Shown here piece after piece: positions 8,709-14,793 of a DNA stretch of 14,793 nt. The notes beneath the pieces were generated by a model. That model saw only the letters and a list, made by a program, of their open reading frames with translations. It searched no databases and was not told the DNA's origin. The stretch covers positions 1-14,793 of the forward strand of contig JBHGNT010000838.1 of assembly GCA_043228905.1 (NCBI GenBank), given 5' to 3'. Every line of letters begins with the position of its first letter. Positions within the stretch are counted from its first letter, which is position 1. A program made the translations under genes and the position numbers. This DNA is from Azolla caroliniana. Taxonomy: Eukaryota; Plantae; Polypodiophyta.

Positions 8709-8778
8709 TGGAATGTAGGGGTTGAACCCATGACCACCTGGTCTCCATTGGGCAACCTTACCAACTGAGCTACATCCA
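8709..8778 (-). mobile_element. tRNA-derived SINE-like head or tRNA pseudogene
   Basis: Minus strand: TGGATG-TAGCTCAGTTGG-TAAGG...GGTCATG-GGTTCAACCCC-TACATTCCA. A and B boxes and a partial acceptor stem are present; the anticodon stem does not pair. Confidence 0.7.
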
Positions 8779-8812
8779 TATTAAACGAGATGTTGGATTG
8801 AAACCCCTAACA

Positions 8813-8935
8813 CAGGTAGGAATATATTGCATAATGTGTTGAATGTTCAAATGGCCATGGATTATGCTCGAAACACTCATCAAGAATTGATTATGGTGCA
8901 ATTAGATTTGGAGAAGGCTTATGATCATGTTAATT

Positions 8936-8936
<1 letters not shown>
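8813..8936 (+). repeat. Second copy of the LINE RT segment (duplicate of 8436-8551, extending to HVN)
   Basis: About 116 bp shared with 2 differences (TGT/GGT, ATT/AAT), followed by (CT)n. Confidence 0.95.

Positions 8937-8981
<45 letters not shown>
8937..8981. repeat. (CT)22 microsatellite at the LINE 5' junction
   Basis: Read directly from the sequence. Confidence 0.95.
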
Positions 8982-8984
<3 letters not shown>

Positions 8985-9269
8985 AATTAAAACCAAATGG
9001 CTTAAGTCTTAATTATTCTATTTTAAGTTCTTAAGCTATCTTTTATTATTGTGGATTAACTTAACTAAACTAAGAGTGGTGGATTCTCCTACTGTATAGT
9101 CTTGTTTCTAAATTTGTGAAGACTCTTGATTAATTTTGAGGATTGAGTTTAATCATTTCTTACTTATGCATAATAAAAGAGCTTAATGACTAGTTCGCTA
9201 AAATGATTAATACTTTGTTAGAACGCTTAAGAATTATTGATACATGTTCTTATTCAATTCACCCTCAAT

Positions 9270-9300
9270 AACGAGATGTTGGATTGAAACCCCTAACACA
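9270..9300 (+). repeat. 31-bp exact direct repeat of 8784-8814
   Basis: AACGAGATGTTGGATTGAAACCCCTAACACA at both sites. Confidence 0.95.
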
Positions 9301-11170
9301 AACACAATGTGAGAAAACTCTGTTGAGTATGATGTTGGTTATAATACCTTGGGCACAACACAATTTTTTACCGTCTTGGAGAAAGATAAATTATTGAACA
9401 CACACTCCTTAAGAAACATGTATATTTAAGTTCACCATTGACTTAATGAATAGGAGACACTTATGAATTGAATAAGGTGGATACCTTAGATGTCTTACTC
9501 ATAGAATAGTTGCATATGATATTATTCATCCCACAATGTATGGTGTTTTGTGTGCTCATTATAGAAAATGTTGATATTGTTCAAGTTCTTTCATATGTAG
9601 CTCATCCAAAATGGGCTTGAAGGCCCCATCATAGTGGCAAACGTATTGTCTAACCCCTAACCACCCAGATGTGCTATAATGACCAATTGTAGTTGCCATC
9701 TAGCAAGGCCATCATCGAATGACTCAACTTGCAATGAAACATCACCATAGACCATCCAAACCCACACATGTAACTAACTTGGATCCAAGCTTATATATTT
9801 TTGTTCCAAATAAAAAGATATAAATAATGGTGACATAGAAATTGATTCATAGTGGCCACTATCACAAATAAGGGTTGTAGATTACGAGTCAATTTTGTGA
9901 TTTTCAATTGAAACTATTTTATAGCATCTTAGATCCTCATAGAAAGTGCAAACATCTCGGATAAAGTGCAAACTTGGGAACTTTTATAATGAAACACTTG
10001 GTATCCGACATCTGACTCTTGTCTCCTTAAAAAATTCAATAGAACGTGACCAAAAGATACGTATATTGTATTATTGTGTATGACTAGGCATATCGAAAAT
10101 ATGCTATACCTCATTTTGATTGAAAGTCACAATTTGTCCTTTCAATTTTCACATGGTTACATGGAATTTTGCCAAACTTGAGAGGAGGCTTGCATGTCTT
10201 ACGCCAATTATAGGAAAGAAATCTTACATATCAATGTTACAAACTTGAGCATCTTATCATCAATCATTTTATTATCTCCATTTCATGCAAATATCTATCT
10301 TGCAGTAAGACTATCAAATGTGAACAAAAAATGTAAATGTTTTTAAAGTGTACACATTAGTAGATCACCAAATTGGAATAAAATGGATTTAATTTGTCAC
10401 ACCATTTAGATTGTTTTCTCACTCATATGAGATGTAACATGCAGACCAATTGTATCTAATAGTTCGAGATTAGTTTGATATTTCTTTATGTTGGTTTACT
10501 TTTTGATATATAATTGATACGAATTATCATTCTTTGTCAAATCGAGTAATACATATGTTAATAAAAGTCGCTAGTGCATTCTTCCTTGGTAAGTGTAGAC
10601 AAGAAACAATTACATTTATGGCAGGCCTTAAACCAAGAGCTCTCTTGTAGATAACGCCACCAATTAGTTATGGCATTCTCAAGTATATCTTGTAGTAAGA
10701 GGAATATCAACATGGTATTTATATGAGGATCAACACAAAGATAACACAATAATAGAGATGGTTACCGTTGATGAAATGGTTTCTAGATTTGTAAACTACA
10801 ATTTCCTTGGAAGTGAGATTGCATTTCTGAACTCTTGTCACGCTTAAATGATTTAAATTTAATAGATAAACATACATGAATGACAACTTTTGGTGTCACT
10901 CTATGGGAGCAAAAGGAACCATTCAATCTTCTATCAACTAGTTCTCAAGAGAGAATTTTGCCTTCACATGTTCATGGCATTCCTAACATGTCCTTGAGAA
11001 ACTTGCCTAATTTCTTCTTGGAAATATTGTTATATATTCTACCAATTTGAAAAGCACAATATCTTGTTTGTCATACCATTTTCTTTAATGGACAACTAAT
11101 TAGCAACTAGTCTTCACATGGCAATGGATAACACCTTGGCACTAATTTAGTTCCCGTCTTCAAATGACAA

Positions 11171-11707
11171 TGGCACATGCCTTCCTTGAAGAATGCTTAC
11201 TATCTATGACTTAACATCGGCTATTCCCAATCTTATGAATGGCAATGACATTTTTACTCTTTTTAAAACATATTCACGAGTCATGACTCTTTTGTTATAA
11301 GTGGCATGTGAAATTGGTTGTTAAGGTTACACCTATAACATTGTGCCACCACACAAACTACATGCAAATAAAAAATTTGGCGTGATTCATGGGTCTTCTC
11401 CAATTGAGCTCTTCACAAGTCTTCTCAGTTGGGAATTGGCACATGCCTTCCTTGAAGAATGCTTACTATCTATGACTTAACATCGGCTATTCCCAATCTT
11501 ATGAATGGCAATGACATTTTTACTCTTTTTAAAACATATTCATGAGTCATGACTCTTTTGTTATAAGTGGCATGTGAAATTGGTTGTTAAGGTTACACCT
11601 ATAACATTGTGCCACCACACAAACTACATGCAAATAAAAAATTTGGCGTGATTCATGGGTCTTCTCCAATTGAGCTCTTCACAAGTCTTCTCAATTGGGA
11701 ATTGGCA
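11171..11707. repeat. 266-bp tandem duplication
   Basis: Units 11171-11436 and 11437-11702, with two substitutions seen. TGGCA occurs at 11171, 11437 and 11703. Confidence 0.97.
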
Positions 11708-11755
11708 ACAAGAGATCATCAACCAAATGTTGATTGAAAATCGAACTACATCACA

Positions 11756-11757
<2 letters not shown>

Positions 11758-11800
<43 letters not shown>

Positions 11801-11816
11801 AATATATATATATATA
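11758..11816. repeat. Compound (CT)n-(AT)n microsatellite
   Basis: Read directly from the sequence. Confidence 0.95.
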
Positions 11817-14224
11817 CACTAAGTATGTATTTAGTTATCATTTGAGTTTACTTTATTTCTTCAATTTGTGCTCTTTCCCCGCATTCTTAACATTTCCCAC
11901 CTTTCTTGGCTTCTTGAAAATAATGATAATGAATTGCTTATTCATTAAATCATAATTGGGTACTTATCATGAACATTGCCTTAAGGAATATGATCTAGCA
12001 AGTGGAATAATTGAGTGTCTTGCAATCACTTCGACATCATAACAATTGCTTACACATTTTTTATGCCTATTCTTCCACATCTAGATATATAATTCAGAGA
12101 TCAAACTTTAGGTCAAGATGCCTAGATATATAATAGTGGTAATATTTATCATTGTGTGGAAAAAGTTGTGAAGGTAACCTGACATGGAGAGTTGTCACCC
12201 ACATGTAATTTAGAGATCAAACTTTAGGTCACCAATCAAACTTTGAAGCTATCATTTTTCTTATTATTACCTTGATGCCACAAATACACTTGGTAATGCA
12301 CAACCATTCAAACTTAAATAAGTTAGCAATACTAAGGGTTCCATAATGAACAAGTTGTCAACAAATGGGAACTTATCCAAGAAATTGATTTTTGGATGGA
12401 ATAAAATGGAAGGGAAGTAAAATGGTCAAAATGCCTAGTTCGGGTAAAATACCAAGTCGTGGATGTTGTTGCATTTTTAGAAATCATATTTATCTTCGTG
12501 TAGTTGTTCTTAGTATAAGACTTAAGTTATAAAATGCCCTAAAAGATCAATGGCCAATGCAAGTGTTGAAATTGATAACACATGTCCATATTAATCTCCC
12601 ATCTCTAAGGAAGCTACCTCCATGTTATCCTCTACACATATACATGTACCTCTTGCCTCCAAAATTTGGAATTATTGAGTCCTTACCTCATCAAGTGTGA
12701 ACAAACTTACTCAAAATATTTGAAGAATGACACAAACAAATTGGTTGGTTAGTGCTCACATAAGTAGGGCCACATCTTGCAGACAATCGATACATCACAT
12801 ATAACACTCCCTAGAATGGGATGCTCTTCCTTTGTACACATAGTCTCTCCGTCTCAAAACATACACTAACAAGCACTACCCTCTACCTCGAAGCTTTGCT
12901 TATTAAATCTAATGGCTTTTGGGTATTATCCAATATAGTTTTATAATGTCAATTGAGTTGTCGAGATATAGATGGTCCTTTCATGCAAGAAGTTGCTCAT
13001 CAGTGAATCAAATCTAGAGGAGTGGGGGGATTTCTTTCAATGAGCAAGTTGGATCCAAGCTTCTTAATTTAGGAGGCAAGCTTGTTTCCATGAACATGAG
13101 CTTTTTAAAGTGTGTTTTCCCCCTATGCGACCCATGCATGATTGTCATAGACAACTAGTGATGTAGAAAGCTTCAAAGGTACACCTCATAGGTTATAGCA
13201 TATAGCTCATCCAAAGTTCATACTTAATAAGTTGAGATTTGAAAATTAGTAGAAAATGACAAATGTTGTGATTCAATCTTCATACTAAAGAAATATAAAG
13301 TTTTGAGATAAATATTCATATGATTAAAAGCCAGTCAAATCAATGTAATACTACTCGAACAATAATCATGATGTGGGATAACATCACAAAGGCAATTCAT
13401 TAATATTGTAATTCCCATTAACGAGCCTGTTAATTAATGTTAACTCATCCACAAAAATGCATTGCTAATTGAATGTTTTCTTGATGATGGATTGATTTAT
13501 TGTGTTGAGATTTTCAAAATAATGAAGTATATTTCAGTGCATTGAGGTTTTAGAAATAAAAAACTCTAAAACACCCTCGATGCTCATGAGTTTTCATTAT
13601 ATTGCCAAATGGCGTTGGTCAATCAATCCCTAATGAGATCAAAAGGGAGATGAATATACCACACAATTACCCAAGTAGAACATATAATTGAAAAAAAAGG
13701 GATGGTTTGACAATATAATTGCTCAAATACCGCATTTAATTACTATAGAGGTGGTTCGCAAAGAGCATTATGGAGATAACCAAACATTTTTTAAAACAAT
13801 GTACATTTGTTTTATGATGTACAATATCAACCGTCAAATGGGAGCATTTTTCTCCCCAATGAAAGGAAACACTTTATTGTTACATCAATCAAACAAAACA
13901 CTAAATACTTTGTTCAGACTTTACGTAATTGTTTCTTACTATTGGACCGTCGAATGCAAGTGTTTTTACCCTTATAAAAAAAGGAAATACTTTTAAACAT
14001 GAGTTCTTTTAAACATTACATTCGGTAGTAGAACAAGAAAAAATAAACCTTTTCAAAAAGCCACAAGTCGCTTGTATTTGTCAAACTACCCCTCATATTG
14101 TCCTTAATTAATATAATAGTCGTACGATTACAAGAATGAATGGTTGGAAATGGTTGTCCGAATGGTTGTCCACAACTAATATAAGAATGATATGATTAGG
14201 AAAATGTATGGTTGGCCACAAGTG

Positions 14225-14410
14225 GTCATGGGTATATCACATAGTGTCGAGGATATCTCATGCATGGATCATGAATGTATAATGCATGTGGGTCATGTAT
14301 GTTTCATGTCATGGTTCTTCATGTGGGTCATGTATGTTCCATGTCATGGTCATGCATGTCGGACTTGGATGCAGTAAGCATTGGTCATTTATGGCTTGTG
14401 CATGAGTCAT
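14225..14410. repeat. CATG-rich degenerate repeat with a 31-bp direct repeat (14285-14315 / 14320-14350)
   Basis: CATGTGGGTCATGTATGTTYCATGTCATGGT occurs twice, amid dense CATG tetramers. Confidence 0.8.
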
Positions 14411-14718
14411 AGAAAGGAAAATTTGCACTTTAAAAGCTCACCAACCTCAATAAAAAGCTCGCCTTCATGGCAAAAAACTTACTTTACCAATTAAGTTCAC
14501 CTACCACTTGTTCACAAAGTGAATACACCCATTGTTAAGGCATGTAAATAAAATGATATAGATCGAGGGGCATCTCATTGATTAAAGGTGATGGATCCTT
14601 GATTATTGGTCAAATGGCAACAATGTAATTATGAGGCGATAGTGCATGTCATAAATTGTTTAAGTTATGTCATAAGCTCTTTTTTATCCTTACATAATAA
14701 GTTTGATTTCCATTGGAG

Positions 14719-14735
14719 TCTCTCTCTCTCTCTCT
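14719..14735. repeat. (TC)n microsatellite
   Basis: Read directly from the sequence. Confidence 0.9.
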
Positions 14736-14793
14736 ATTTATTCCATAGTCTAATCAATCTCATTTAATCACTCTGTTCTTATTGATCGAGCTT

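Larger units (their letters stand above)
5900..8936 (-). mobile_element. 5'-truncated, 5'-inverted L1/Tx1-like LINE
   Basis: ORF2 remnants on the minus strand (5998-8304) and an inverted RT piece on the plus strand (8305-8551, 8813-8936). Short 3' UTR ends ...TTTTCACCAAA followed by (GA)n. (CT)n lies at both outer junctions. Confidence 0.88.

Noticed and set aside
8585-8778. Functional tRNA genes
   Set aside because: Anticodon and D stems do not pair; only the A/B boxes and partial stems remain.
9598-13215. Short matches TAGCTCATCCAAA (about 9598/13203) and TTGGATCCAAGCTT (9779/13049)
   Set aside because: Not colinear and not extendable, so they do not define LTRs or a duplication.
13688-14377. 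ORFs 13688..13996 and 14192..14377 as host genes
   Set aside because: No recognisable motifs. The first starts at TTG in AT-rich DNA, and the second is a by-product of the CATG repeat.

Overview
Eukaryotic, transposon-dominated DNA with no recognisable host gene. It is most likely from a land plant, possibly a non-seed plant such as a fern (inference from element types). Positions 1-5800 form a nest of five LTR-retrotransposon layers. A young Ty1/copia (minus strand; gag start, Met-i PBS, 669-bp 5' LTR) is inserted in the RT of Ty3/gypsy element A (RT-RNaseH-INT pseudogene, PPT, 681-bp 3' LTR). A is inserted in the 3' region of related gypsy B (552-bp LTR), which cuts an older LTR of the same copia family, which abuts a decayed chromovirus-like integrase. 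Positions 5900-8936 are an L1/Tx1-like LINE (minus strand) flanked by (CT)n on both sides. It has a twin-priming-type 5' inversion, a solo LTR with a perfect 5-bp TSD inside ORF2, and a local rearrangement carrying two convergent tRNA-like heads. Positions 9000-14793 are AT-rich and decayed, with a 266-bp tandem duplication, a templated patchwork insertion, microsatellites and CATG-rich repeats; I could not identify their origin.
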